Source: Patescibacteria group bacterium
Lineage (GTDB): Bacteria > Patescibacteriota > Gracilibacteria > UBA1369 > LOWO2-01-FULL-3
Reading direction: 5' to 3'
Length of the DNA: 64,000 nt
NCBI GenBank assembly: GCA_038065735.1
Contig: JBBTQK010000003.1
Coordinates: 64,704 to 128,703 of the forward strand
Part shown: one piece after another, positions 45,815 to 55,903 of the stretch
How positions within the stretch are numbered: position 1 is the first letter of the stretch
Layout: every line of letters begins with the position of its first letter
Position numbers and translations under genes: made by a program
Notes under the pieces: generated by a model
Database searches by the model: none
Told to the model about the DNA's origin: nothing
What the model saw: the letters and a program-made list of their open reading frames with translations, nothing else

Positions 45815-46555
45815 ATGGCAGGAAAAATGGAAGAACAGCAGGTGGAAGCTTTTGAAGAAGTACATGCGGTAGTTAGTCAAAGAATAAGTGGTCATAGAAG
45901 TCCTACAAGTGGGGCAACAGAGGAGGATTGTTTAGTTTTTGAACATCCTGATGAGGGGGTGCCATTATCTGATGATAATGTCCATGATGTGGTGCGGCTG
46001 TTTGCTGATACTGATGGAGGTAAAAAAGAATTGATTGCTACATCTTCTGAAGTGTCTTGGAAAACTATACCTCTCCACCCTCGTTCTAGGCCTTTGGCTG
46101 CAATAAGGTATTTTGATACGGAAGCTTTTCCATGGAATGAAGCTACTTTGCTGTTGGATCCTAGTAAAAAATTAAGTGTTAATGTTGATGGTGAATTAGA
46201 TTATGGCAGAGTTACTAATGACGATATTAGCAGGGGTATTGGAGAGAGAGGTATCTCAACTTTGGGTTTTGGTAGAATTAGGCATTATGGAGATTTTTTA
46301 ACTATGAATAGCGCATTAACACGTGCAATGGAGTCTCAACTGGTTGATGGAACACTTGAGTTAATAACTGCTTTGTTACGAAAATGGGAGACTGAAACAG
46401 GTCTAAACCCTACCGAATGGTCGGCTGGTGTCAGCGGTATTATTCAAAGAGTTCAAGCTAGGAGAGATAGAATTATGTCTATTGATTTTGATAAAGATCA
46501 AAAAAAAACTAGAGGTTCTAGGGTGTTTGAATACGATTGCCATGGAGGATATTAA
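45815..46555 (+). CDS. hypothetical acidic protein (246 aa)
   Basis: ORF preceded by CTTAAATTAAAAAATT, with a G-skewed coding strand. No motif recognised. Confidence 0.6.
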   Translation: MAGKMEEQQVEAFEEVHAVVSQRISGHRSPTSGATEEDCLVFEHPDEGVPLSDDNVHDVVRLFADTDGGKKELIATSSEVSWKTIPLHPRSRPLAAIRYFDTEAFPWNEATLLLDPSKKLSVNVDGELDYGRVTNDDISRGIGERGISTLGFGRIRHYGDFLTMNSALTRAMESQLVDGTLELITALLRKWETETGLNPTEWSAGVSGIIQRVQARRDRIMSIDFDKDQKKTRGSRVFEYDCHGGY

Positions 46556-46576
46556 AGTTTTCTGAAGGATGTTTGC

Positions 46577-47242
46577 CTATTTAAGGTAATGAATAAGAAG
46601 GTTTTTGTTTTTGAGTAATGCTACCGCTGGAAATTCTGCGATGGATTTTTTGCCTTGTTTGAGGGTTTCTAGGACGGATTTTTTGTCCTGACCTTTTATT
46701 AAAACTAAAATATTTTTGCTTTTAAGAATTGTTGGGAGAGTTAGAGTTAGGCGATGATTAATTGCGAATTCATCGGTTTGAGTGTGGGCGACTGTGTCTT
46801 TGGAATTCAAGGCTTCGCAGTGAGGAAAAAGTGAGGCGATGTGTCCGTCTGGACCGATGCCAAGTATAGTTAGATCGATAATTTTTGGTAAACTTTTTGC
46901 GTACTTTGCTAGGGATTTTTTAATTGGTATGGAAGTGTCAAAATGAGTAAATTTTATGCCGTGGTTTTTGATCAATGTTTCTTTGATCATTTTTTGGTTT
47001 GAATCTGGATGATCGGCTGGCACATAACGTTCATCGACCTGATAAAAATGTATTCTTTTGCATTCATCTTTGGTAAGTTTTTTTTCAAGAATGTCGTAAA
47101 CGGGTTTTGGTGTAGAGCCTCCGCTTAGGGCAATATTGCAGTTTGGAGTTTCTTTGCAAATTCTAAAAATAACGTGGGTAGTTTTTTTAATAAAATCGTC
47201 TTCGTCTGTGAATGTTATTACTTTCATTTTAGTGGATATCAA
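46577..47242 (-). CDS. pgl: 6-phosphogluconolactonase
   Basis: 221 aa, ALSGGSTP motif and the DERYVP pattern of the NagB/Pgl family. Overlaps the zwf stop by 14 nt. Confidence 0.85.
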   Translation of the reverse strand: MISTKMKVITFTDEDDFIKKTTHVIFRICKETPNCNIALSGGSTPKPVYDILEKKLTKDECKRIHFYQVDERYVPADHPDSNQKMIKETLIKNHGIKFTHFDTSIPIKKSLAKYAKSLPKIIDLTILGIGPDGHIASLFPHCEALNSKDTVAHTQTDEFAINHRLTLTLPTILKSKNILVLIKGQDKKSVLETLKQGKKSIAEFPAVALLKNKNLLIHYLK

Positions 47243-48635
47243 ACCATTTATGTCCGTCCATTGCTGTCAGTTTGTTTTGAGAATTTGGGCCTTCGGTGCC
47301 GTCTTTGTAGATTTCGAGTTTTGGCTTTTTTTGAGCACGGAATTTTTGAATGGAATCTGTTAATTCCCAGGTTGCGATAATTTCCTGGAAGCTTAAGAAG
47401 TGTAATCGGCGTTTTTGTAGAACGTCTAAAAGTAGTTGGGCGTTTTCTGGCAGGCATTCATCTCCGGAACAAGCGATAGAATCGGAAGTTGTGATGGTTT
47501 GTGATTGCATTGAATCGCCTTGTTTGTTGATGAGTCTGATGCTTAATCTTTCATCTGGTTGTAGTTCAAAAATCAGGCGATTTGGTTCTTCGTCAGGTGG
47601 TTGGAAGGCGAATTTTTTTAGTTCTACAACTATATAAGTATGTTTTTCGTGTAATTTTTTACCCGTACGAATGTAGATTGGAGTTTTGTACCAACTTTCT
47701 CTATCGATAAAAAGTCTTAGAGCTGCAAAGGTTTCTGTTTGAGAATTTTTTGGCACGTCAGTTTCTTTTTTGTAACCCTGATATTGGCCTAGCACTAAAT
47801 TCTCTTTATTCTCAATAAATTTTAAGGCTGAAAGAATGCTGTATTTTTCACGATGCAAACTTTCTGGATTTTCAGTGATTGGGATGGACATTGTAATAAG
47901 CGCAAGAATTTGAAGAAGGTGAGACTGAATCATATCTTTCATTGTGCCAACCTGATCGAAATATCCGGCACGCATGTTCACGCCAATTTTTTCAAAAGCG
48001 GTGATTTGGATGTTGGAAATTTCCGGACCTTTCATCATGATGTTGAGCAGGCGATTGCTGTGGCGAAGGTGAAGAAGGCTTTGTACAGCGGATTTACCGA
48101 GGTAATGGTCTAGCAGGTAAATGTTTTGTTCTTCAAAATAACGGGCGGTAAAGTGGAAAAGATCGTTGGCGGAATGAGTGTCTTTGCCAAAGGGTTTTTC
48201 GATAATCAGGCGCAGGTCTTCGTTTTTTGAAGGTTGAGTTTCGCCAAGATTCTTAATGATATCTTTAAAAACAACTGGTGGAACTGAGAAATAAGCCAGT
48301 TTTGTCTCGAATTTTAGGGCTTTTAAATATTCTCTAAGTTTTTGGAAATCTTTGATGTCGTCGTATTGTCCAGAAAAATATGAAACTTTGCCGCTCAGAT
48401 CTTTGAGAATTTTTGCGTCAGTTTTTGTTGCTGATTTTATGCTTTCTTCGAACTCTTTTTGAAATTCTTTATTGGACATTTTTGTCCTTGCATACCCCAC
48501 AATCTGAAATTTCTCAGGTAATTTTTTTTGTTCCATCAAGCTATACAAAGCTGGAAAAAGTTTGAGCTTTGCAAGATCACCAGACGCACCAAAAATTACG
48601 AGAGTGAAGGGCTTATTGATTTGAGTTTTTTTCAT
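47229..48635 (-). CDS. zwf: glucose-6-phosphate 1-dehydrogenase
   Basis: IFGASGDLA, EKPFG and DHYLGK motifs. Confidence 0.95.
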   Translation of the reverse strand: MKKTQINKPFTLVIFGASGDLAKLKLFPALYSLMEQKKLPEKFQIVGYARTKMSNKEFQKEFEESIKSATKTDAKILKDLSGKVSYFSGQYDDIKDFQKLREYLKALKFETKLAYFSVPPVVFKDIIKNLGETQPSKNEDLRLIIEKPFGKDTHSANDLFHFTARYFEEQNIYLLDHYLGKSAVQSLLHLRHSNRLLNIMMKGPEISNIQITAFEKIGVNMRAGYFDQVGTMKDMIQSHLLQILALITMSIPITENPESLHREKYSILSALKFIENKENLVLGQYQGYKKETDVPKNSQTETFAALRLFIDRESWYKTPIYIRTGKKLHEKHTYIVVELKKFAFQPPDEEPNRLIFELQPDERLSIRLINKQGDSMQSQTITTSDSIACSGDECLPENAQLLLDVLQKRRLHFLSFQEIIATWELTDSIQKFRAQKKPKLEIYKDGTEGPNSQNKLTAMDGHKWFDIH

Positions 48636-48726
48636 AGGTTGGATGTTGCTTATTATAAGGCTTAGCTGAGTGCTTTTACAATTAGATTTATTCTCAGTTT
48701 TAGCCTTTACAGAGTCCTTGCTTTTT

Positions 48727-48735
48727 TGATAAAAT
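48727..48735 (+). promoter_or_regulatory. extended -10 promoter (TGaTAAAAT) for 48753 gene
   Basis: Lies 17 nt upstream of ATG 48753, implying a very short leader. Confidence 0.4.
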
Positions 48736-48752
48736 ATTGTCTAACTTTGTTT

Positions 48753-49703
48753 ATGAGTGAGGAGCAAAAAGATTTAGTTGGCCAATTTTTAGCACCGGGC
48801 AGTGGGTGTCCATATCATAAGGTTCAATATCAGGCTGCTCTAAGGGAGGGCACGGATAATCAGCTTACGGAAAGGGCCGTAGCCTCAATTCCTACGATAG
48901 AGCAATTCTGGAGAAATCTTTCTTTAAGGCGTGAGTCTTTTGAGGTGGACTTAAGTGGAGATAGTGATGTTGTGTCTGGGATGATTAATGCGGTTCAGTC
49001 TTTTGTCGGACCGGATTTCGTTACAGCTATAAATATTGTTTCGGCTGATCCAGCGCAAATGTCTAGCATAGTGAAATTGCAATCAGGTTTAGTGCTTGAA
49101 AATGATACTCCTGAAAATTTTTTGAAGCATAATATTCAGCAGGGAGATATAGTAGTTTTTGATTTTGTGGAACTGGTTTTTAAATATGTCCGAGATCATC
49201 AGAAATCTGGGATGACTTTGGATTTGGATAATTTGAGAAAATTTGCGAACGGTAATATCAAGAAGTTGTGTTATGAAATTGCATGCAGAAATGCTTTAAG
49301 AGAGCATGCTTTGTTGGATGCTGTAACAGTTGCTTATCCGGGTAGAAGACGTTTGTTAGATGTGAATTCACTTGAAGAGTATAATTCTGATAGAGGATTG
49401 GATTTACGTCTTACTGCTCCGGCGTATGCTAAATTTCACGGTTTATTTGAAGAATATAATAGAGGTGTATGGAATTCTCCTGGAAAATGTCCAGCAAGTG
49501 AGGCTTATGGTTTGGAGACTACGGTTCTTTTGGAGTATCTTGATTGGCTTTTTGAATTAACTTCAAACTATTATTTTCCTGAAATGCTTAGAAGGCATGA
49601 AGACCCCTATTTACAAACAATTGCCGACCTGGAGACTTTAACTAGAAATGTTGTAGAGCGATCTAAACAGAGAGTACGTTATGGTGGAGGATTTCAGTTT
49701 TAG
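48753..49703 (+). CDS. hypothetical protein (316 aa)
   Basis: Start chosen at ATG 48753 (MSEEQKD); the ORF track opens at TTG 48726, inside the promoter. No motif recognised. Confidence 0.6.
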   Translation: MSEEQKDLVGQFLAPGSGCPYHKVQYQAALREGTDNQLTERAVASIPTIEQFWRNLSLRRESFEVDLSGDSDVVSGMINAVQSFVGPDFVTAINIVSADPAQMSSIVKLQSGLVLENDTPENFLKHNIQQGDIVVFDFVELVFKYVRDHQKSGMTLDLDNLRKFANGNIKKLCYEIACRNALREHALLDAVTVAYPGRRRLLDVNSLEEYNSDRGLDLRLTAPAYAKFHGLFEEYNRGVWNSPGKCPASEAYGLETTVLLEYLDWLFELTSNYYFPEMLRRHEDPYLQTIADLETLTRNVVERSKQRVRYGGGFQF

Positions 49704-51124
49704 TTTTCCCAGTCTGTGTGGAAAGTGCCTGGTTTATCTAGTCTTTCGTAAGTATGTGCGCCAAAAAAGTCGCGTTGAGCTTGGATGAGATTTTGTGGGA
49801 GGCGGGATTTTGCGTAGGCGTCGTAGAGGCTTAGTGAGCCGTAAAGTGCTGGTACAGGGATAGCATTTTGCACGGCCAGACTAATTAATTTGCGCCAGTT
49901 TTTTTGTTTGTCGCTAGCGAAAAGTTTTACTAAGCCCGTATTTGCTTTTTGAGAGATTTTTTGATCTTTGCTGTAGCAAGATTCTAAAGTTTTTAGATAG
50001 CTTGAACGAATGATGCAGCCTCCTTGCCAGATTTTGGAAATTTCTTGCATGTCAAAGTTCCAATTGTATTCTTTTGAGGCTTTTGTGATTACGCTAAAGC
50101 CCTGTTCGTAGGCCATAATGCTGGTTAATTCTAAGCTGTTTTCTACTAATTTGATTAATTGAGTTTTGGAAATTGCTGATTTAATTGTTCTAACTTTTAG
50201 ACTCTTGCTGATTTCACGATTTGGGCCATCTCCTGAGATAATTCTGGCATCGACAGCGTTGTTAATTGTCGGAATCGCTATGCCTAAATCCATTGCTGTA
50301 AAAGTTGTCCATTTGCCGGTGCCTTTTTGTTTAGCAGAATCTTTTATTAGATCGATTAGATATTTAGAATTTTTTGGGCTTGTTGTTGGATCTTTTTTAG
50401 CTAAAATCTTGGCTGTGATTTCTAGTAAGAATGATTTTAAGTTAGAATTTTTTTGAAAGTTTTTGAATATTTTTGATAGTTCTTCATTTGAGAATTTCCC
50501 TAGAGTTTTTAGAATGTCGTAGGACTCTGCGATGAGTTGCATAAGGCCATATTCGATGCCGTTATGCACCATTTTGACGAAGTGACCTGAGCCGGTTTCG
50601 CCAAGATAAGTTACACACGGTTTGCCTGAGAAATCTTTGGCAGAGACTTTTTCAAAAAGTGGTTTAATTTGTTGCCAGGCTTTTTTGTCTCCTCCTGGCA
50701 TTAAACTTGGTCCGTGAAGTGCCCCTGATTCTCCACCAGAAATTCCGCAACCAATATAATTTATCTTTTTTGCGGCTAAGTCTTGTTGGCGTTTTTCAGT
50801 ATCTTTAAAGTGAGAATTTCCGCAGTCTATTAAGATATCTTCGGCTTGTAGGTAGGGGATTAATTGCTCAATAACCTGGTCAACTGCTGGTCCAGATTGT
50901 ACCATCAAAATAATTTTTCGAGGGCGTTCTAACTTTGAAATAAATTCTTTAATTTCTTTTGCTCCAGCCAAATATTCGTTGCCGAATTCTTTAATAAAAT
51001 TGTCTGTTTTTTCTGTAGTACGGTTAAACACTAGAGTAGAAATTTTGTGATTAGCAAAGTTACGAGCGAAATTTGCACCCATAGTAGCTAAACCGATTAA
51101 ACCAATTTGAAATTGTTTTTTCAT
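49700..51124 (-). CDS. gnd: 6-phosphogluconate dehydrogenase (decarboxylating)
   Basis: N-terminal Rossmann motif IGLIGLATMGANFA and conserved C-terminal dimerisation-domain pattern, 474 aa. Confidence 0.93.
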   Translation of the reverse strand: MKKQFQIGLIGLATMGANFARNFANHKISTLVFNRTTEKTDNFIKEFGNEYLAGAKEIKEFISKLERPRKIILMVQSGPAVDQVIEQLIPYLQAEDILIDCGNSHFKDTEKRQQDLAAKKINYIGCGISGGESGALHGPSLMPGGDKKAWQQIKPLFEKVSAKDFSGKPCVTYLGETGSGHFVKMVHNGIEYGLMQLIAESYDILKTLGKFSNEELSKIFKNFQKNSNLKSFLLEITAKILAKKDPTTSPKNSKYLIDLIKDSAKQKGTGKWTTFTAMDLGIAIPTINNAVDARIISGDGPNREISKSLKVRTIKSAISKTQLIKLVENSLELTSIMAYEQGFSVITKASKEYNWNFDMQEISKIWQGGCIIRSSYLKTLESCYSKDQKISQKANTGLVKLFASDKQKNWRKLISLAVQNAIPVPALYGSLSLYDAYAKSRLPQNLIQAQRDFFGAHTYERLDKPGTFHTDWEN

Positions 51125-51223
51125 GTCTGAATAATAGCTTCAATTTTACTTATTGTCTAAGTAGTAATGATTGTATGGCTAAATTTTTCTTGGTATATTG
51201 GTGTTGAATTATTATCCTGTTTT

Positions 51224-51361
51224 ATGATTAAGATGTTGGATACAATAAATAAAGAGCAATCTTTTAAGAATAAAGTTGAAGCTGCATGGTTGCAGTATGA
51301 GATGGGAATGTTTATAACTAATGAGGATTTGAAGAAGAAATACGATTTGAAGAAACTTTAA
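51224..51361 (+). CDS. hypothetical small protein (45 aa)
   Basis: ATG 51224 (MIKMLDT) lies downstream of TGGTATATT (51191-51199). Short and unsupported by any motif. Confidence 0.3.
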   Translation: MIKMLDTINKEQSFKNKVEAAWLQYEMGMFITNEDLKKKYDLKKL

Positions 51362-51366
51362 ATTTC

Positions 51367-52005
51367 TTACAGATATTTATGGTTGTCGTGAAGTTTTCCT
51401 TCTTTGAAAGCTTTGTAGGTTTTGAGAATAATCTCCATTGCACCTTTGTTAGTCTTTGCGATGAAGATATGATCAAGATCTGGAGGGCTTATTAATCCAG
51501 TTTTTAGAGGATATTTTTTAATCCATTTAATTAATTCTTCCCACATTTCTCCAACCAAAATAATTGGAATTGGATAAATATGTTTTACCTGAATTAATTG
51601 CCAAGTGTAAAAAAGTTCAAGACAGGTACCAATACCACCAGGCATGACGACTACTACGCTTGATAGAGCCATAAAGTGATCAAGTCGACTTGAGAATTTT
51701 TTAAAATTTTTCTTGATTTCGAGATGTTTATTGGCTTCGTTTTCCCAGGGTAGATAAATTGGCAAACCGATGTCGTCGGAAAGATTTTTTGTATCTCCAG
51801 CTTGATGTCCGGCATTTGCTGCGTCCATAATTCCTGGGCCGCCACCTGTTACCATATCAAAACCGTGCTTGCCGATTTCTTTTGCAAGGGCAAATACACT
51901 TTTATAAATCTTATCGTCTGGTGCAATTCTGGCAGATCCAAAAATGGCCACACGGAAATCATGATGTTTTAATTCTTTTTGAACGGTTTTTAAATTTCTA
52001 AGCAT
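51367..52005 (-). CDS. LOG-family protein (TIGR00730-type, cytokinin riboside 5-prime-monophosphate phosphoribohydrolase-like)
   Basis: GGGPGIMDAANAG and PGGIGTCLELF motifs. Confidence 0.85.
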   Translation of the reverse strand: MLRNLKTVQKELKHHDFRVAIFGSARIAPDDKIYKSVFALAKEIGKHGFDMVTGGGPGIMDAANAGHQAGDTKNLSDDIGLPIYLPWENEANKHLEIKKNFKKFSSRLDHFMALSSVVVVMPGGIGTCLELFYTWQLIQVKHIYPIPIILVGEMWEELIKWIKKYPLKTGLISPPDLDHIFIAKTNKGAMEIILKTYKAFKEGKLHDNHKYL

Positions 52006-52078
52006 GAAATTAGGTTTTGTTTGTTTTTGTTGTATAGATTATACCAGAAAATCGAGGGTTTTGGAAGATCTAAATCTG

Positions 52079-54001
52079 TTAGTGTAGATTTAAAACTGCC
52101 TCTTTTATAGCGTCAGCGTCTATTTTTGCGAGATGGTAGAGTTCGTCGGCTTTGCCTGAGAGTTGATATTCAGTGACGGAGATTGTTTTGAAAGCTTTGG
52201 TTGGGATTTTGTTTTCTGTTAAGTAAGCAGCAAGTTGGCCTCCTAAACCGGATAGGCAATTGTGGTCTTCTACAGTAATTACTTTGCCGGTTTTTTTGAT
52301 AGAATTTAGGAGCGCGTCATCAAATTTTTTGATTGAACTTACTGCAACTATTTCTATAGAGAGTTCTGGTTTTTCAGTTTTTAATCTTTCATAAGCTTTG
52401 ATGGCTTCCGCAATTGTGGCTCCCGTAGCGGCGATTGTGATATCTTTACCTTCTCGGATTACATCAGTGCGGCCATATTCATATTTGTAATTTTCGTCGT
52501 AAAAAGGCGTGCCGTCGATTTTTGTAATTACTGGGAATTTGTGGCGTCCCATTCTCACATAAAAATTACCGTAGTGAGAAGCAATATATCTAATAATTCT
52601 GTCGGTTTGATTTGGATCGGCTGGTTCAATAACCATAGTGTTAAACATTCCCAAAAATGAACCCATGTCGTCGATTGCCTGATGAGTTGGGCCGTCTTCG
52701 CCTACGGATAAACCGCAGTGGGTAGCCACCATTTTAACGTTAGTGAGGTTGATATCATTTACGCGAGCCTGGTCTTTTGCACGACTACTCATAAAGGCTC
52801 CAAACGTTGAAGCAAAAGGAATAAAGCCTGCCAAGCTAATACCGCCAGCGGCTGAAACCATGTGCTGTTCGGAAATGCCACATTCTATATATTGATCTGG
52901 TAATTCTGCTGAAACAGCTTGAGTCATCACAGAACCTTTGAGATCGGCAGTGAGTGCGACAACTTCTTTATTATTTTTTGCGAGGTCCAACAAAGCTTTA
53001 CCGTAAGCGCTGCGACAGTCTGTCAAGGCTTCGGTTGTATATAGAATAGGGGAGCCGGTATTGATTTTTACTTCACTTAAAAGCGGCGGATTTACTGTTT
53101 TTTGTGGGTGCCATTTAATTGTTTTGCGGAATTCTGCGAGTAAATTTTCTTCTTCTGGAGTTGGAGTAAGTTTTTGTAGTGCTTCAACAATTTGTTCTGG
53201 TTTTGGGGCTTTGCCATGCCAATCTGCTTTGTGAGCCTGACCTTCTTTTTCCATGAAATCCACGCCCTGACCCATGATGCTGTGACCAAGTATGACAATT
53301 GGTTTGTCTTTGACTTCGTTACATTTTGAAAGTGCGGCCCAAATTTCTTGATAATTGTGTGCGTTAACTTCCATAACTTCCCAACCGCAGGCCTTAAAAA
53401 TTGCTGATAAGTCGAGGTCCATAATTTCCTTTAAACTAGCTGTTAATTGGACTTTATTGTAGTCGATAAAAAGTACTAAATTATTTAATTTGTATTTATT
53501 GGCAAAGTTCATCATTTCATAAACCTGACCTTCCTGACATTCTCCGTCACCAGCCAAAGCGTAAACTTTGTTTTCAGTTTTATGAGCTTTTTCTGCCCAG
53601 GCGAAAGATGATGCAACAGATACGCCGATGCCTAGAGGGCCAGTACCATACCAAACTCCGTCAACATGACGTGTGACATGCCCTTCATAAATCGAACCAA
53701 TTTTGCGGAAAGTTTTTACGGCTTCTTCTTTTGGAATATAGCCCATTTCTGCGAGAATTGAATAAACACCTGGCGAAATATGGCCATTGCTTACAACGAT
53801 TTTTTCTCCAGTGTTAGCCAAAATAAAGCTGTATACTACGCTCAAGTAATCAATACAAGAAAGTGAACCACCCGGGTGACCACTTTGCGCGTTTGTAACC
53901 ATTTCTAAAATAGACTTACGGCAGGATTTGCTTAAGACATTGAGGAAATTTAGATGCTCATCACTTAGAGATTTGCCGAGTTGTGGCTCTTCATTAAACA
54001 T
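52079..54001 (-). CDS. tkt: transketolase
   Basis: SGHPGGSLS and GDGECQEGQVYE thiamine-diphosphate motifs, 640 aa. Confidence 0.95.
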   Translation of the reverse strand: MFNEEPQLGKSLSDEHLNFLNVLSKSCRKSILEMVTNAQSGHPGGSLSCIDYLSVVYSFILANTGEKIVVSNGHISPGVYSILAEMGYIPKEEAVKTFRKIGSIYEGHVTRHVDGVWYGTGPLGIGVSVASSFAWAEKAHKTENKVYALAGDGECQEGQVYEMMNFANKYKLNNLVLFIDYNKVQLTASLKEIMDLDLSAIFKACGWEVMEVNAHNYQEIWAALSKCNEVKDKPIVILGHSIMGQGVDFMEKEGQAHKADWHGKAPKPEQIVEALQKLTPTPEEENLLAEFRKTIKWHPQKTVNPPLLSEVKINTGSPILYTTEALTDCRSAYGKALLDLAKNNKEVVALTADLKGSVMTQAVSAELPDQYIECGISEQHMVSAAGGISLAGFIPFASTFGAFMSSRAKDQARVNDINLTNVKMVATHCGLSVGEDGPTHQAIDDMGSFLGMFNTMVIEPADPNQTDRIIRYIASHYGNFYVRMGRHKFPVITKIDGTPFYDENYKYEYGRTDVIREGKDITIAATGATIAEAIKAYERLKTEKPELSIEIVAVSSIKKFDDALLNSIKKTGKVITVEDHNCLSGLGGQLAAYLTENKIPTKAFKTISVTEYQLSGKADELYHLAKIDADAIKEAVLNLH

Positions 54002-54031
54002 ATGTGTGGGCAGTTTATAATAAGTTACCTT

Positions 54032-54481
54032 TTAATTCCAGAAATTTTTGTCCTTTGCCCTTAAGGCTTCAAAACATTCTATTGCCTTAGCATCATCTGC
54101 GATAGCTCTGCAATAATCATATATTTCAAATTGTTTTGTTATATATTTTAATCTTGCTTTGCGTTTTACCTCATTGGTTTCTGAAACATTTTTGGCATTT
54201 GCGTCTAGGATTCGGTCACCCATTTTATTGGAAAGGTTTTCTCGACGTTCTTTTGGGGTGAATTCTTTTATAAATACATGAACGGTAGCGTCATTAGATG
54301 CAGACGGTGTGTCTCCTCGCGATAGTAACATTGTGCTGAATACGGTTAGACGGACTAACAATTGTGTTGAAAGAAGTGGGCGGAAAGTTGATTTTTCCAG
54401 TTTGGTTGTAGCTGGCAGTTTTGAGATGCCGCTTTCTTCATCTTGTAGATTTTGCGAGTCTGGCTGTTTTGGCATTGGCAA
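54032..54481 (-). CDS. hypothetical protein (149 aa)
   Basis: ORF only. Lies between tkt and pgi on the same strand. Confidence 0.45.
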   Translation of the reverse strand: MPMPKQPDSQNLQDEESGISKLPATTKLEKSTFRPLLSTQLLVRLTVFSTMLLSRGDTPSASNDATVHVFIKEFTPKERRENLSNKMGDRILDANAKNVSETNEVKRKARLKYITKQFEIYDYCRAIADDAKAIECFEALRAKDKNFWN

Positions 54482-54538
54482 TATTAAATCAGGCCAGGTA
54501 TTTTGACATTATTGAATGATTTAGTCAATAATGGAATT

Positions 54539-55771
54539 TCATTTATCCAGAGCCGCTTTGGTCAGTTTTTTTGATAATTCTACACCTGGTTGGTCGTAGG
54601 TGTTGATGTTGAAAAATTCTCCGAGAAAGGCAATTGAGGATTGGAATAAAAAGAATAATTCTCCGAGAGTTTGTTCGTTGATTTCGTCGATTTTTAGAGT
54701 GATATTTGGTCTGTTATTTTGAGTTAAAGCCATTGCTGTAGCGTCTTTTTCTACTTTTAGTAATTTGTTGAAGCTGAATTTTTGATCTGGAACTTTTAAT
54801 TCTTTAGCCAGTTTTTTAACTTCTATGAAAATAAAAAACTTGTCGTTTGGCCCTTCGTTATATAGTTGTAATTGGGAATGTTGGTCGGTCACGCCGAGAG
54901 CGTTGATTGGAGTAATACCAGAGTGAACTTGCTTGCCATTTAGGTCGAGTTTTTTGCCGATGCTTTCTGCGAGAAGTTGTCTATACCAGTCTGCGAAGCG
55001 AATTAATTTTTGTGCGTACGGGATCATTACATTGATGTTTTTGCCCTTTTTACTAAGTAAATATTGGATTGTGGCAATTTGGTAAGGTAGATTTTTTGAG
55101 AAGTTTTCGTTGAGAAATTGTTTGCGCATCGTGAGCGCGCCTTTGATTAGTTTTTCTATATTTATTCCTATTAATGCCGCTGGTAGTAATCCAACTGGAG
55201 TTAGTACGGAAAATCTGCCACCGACGTTTTGTGGAATTTCGAAACTTGGAATTTTTTGTGTGGTTGCCATTTGTCTAAGGTCGCCATTTTTTGGATCAGT
55301 GATGAAGACAAAGTGTTTTTTTGGATCTAGTTTTTTTTCGTCAGTTTTGTTGCGGTAGTAAGAATATTGAGCGAGAGTTTCAGGGGTACTGCCTGATTTT
55401 GTTACGATGATGAAAAGTGTTTTTTTGTAGTCGATGACATCTTCTAATTCTAAAATTAAAGCCGGATCGATATTGTCGATGACATATAATTTTGGAGAGT
55501 CTGAGCTGAGTTCATTCTCATATAGATGTTTGAGACTTTGTTGTAAGCAGATTGTGCCAAGAGCAGAACCACCAATTCCTAAAACAACGATAGATTTATA
55601 TTTTCCTTTCACGGAATTTGCGTATTTTAAGACCTTTTTTACAGTTTTTTTGTCGTCAAGGATTTCGTAAAAACCTTGCTTGCGTGATTCGATTCTCTTA
55701 AGAAATTTTTTGATTGTTGAAGCTGGGGTGCTGAGATCTTTTAAGGCGTTTTTGTAGTCTAGTTCTATCAT
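54539..55771 (-). CDS. pgi: glucose-6-phosphate isomerase (short SIS-type)
   Basis: VVLGIGGSALG and IVTKSGSTPET motifs, 410 aa. Confidence 0.9.
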   Translation of the reverse strand: MIELDYKNALKDLSTPASTIKKFLKRIESRKQGFYEILDDKKTVKKVLKYANSVKGKYKSIVVLGIGGSALGTICLQQSLKHLYENELSSDSPKLYVIDNIDPALILELEDVIDYKKTLFIIVTKSGSTPETLAQYSYYRNKTDEKKLDPKKHFVFITDPKNGDLRQMATTQKIPSFEIPQNVGGRFSVLTPVGLLPAALIGINIEKLIKGALTMRKQFLNENFSKNLPYQIATIQYLLSKKGKNINVMIPYAQKLIRFADWYRQLLAESIGKKLDLNGKQVHSGITPINALGVTDQHSQLQLYNEGPNDKFFIFIEVKKLAKELKVPDQKFSFNKLLKVEKDATAMALTQNNRPNITLKIDEINEQTLGELFFLFQSSIAFLGEFFNINTYDQPGVELSKKLTKAALDK

Positions 55772-55866
55772 TGAGATTTATTAAATTTCGACTGAAAGAT
55801 ACTCTTTTTTGGCTGACTTTTGTAGTGAATTTAAATTGATATGCTATTCTTTAATTATGTAATTTG

Positions 55867-55875
55867 TGGTATAAT
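55867..55875 (+). promoter_or_regulatory. extended -10 promoter (TGgTATAAT) for 55904 gene
   Basis: The same TGGTATAAT nonamer also occurs at 39567 and 58752. Confidence 0.5.
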
Positions 55876-55903
55876 ATTATATTCAATTTTAAAAAATAAA
55901 AAA

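Noticed and set aside
48697-48706. The 10-mer TCAGTTTTAG is shared between the region upstream of 48753 and the gene's own 3-prime end at 49694-49703. It was considered as a possible insertion scar like the one at serS.
   Set aside because: Similarity does not extend beyond the 10-mer. Thousands of repeated 10-mers are expected by chance in 64 kb.
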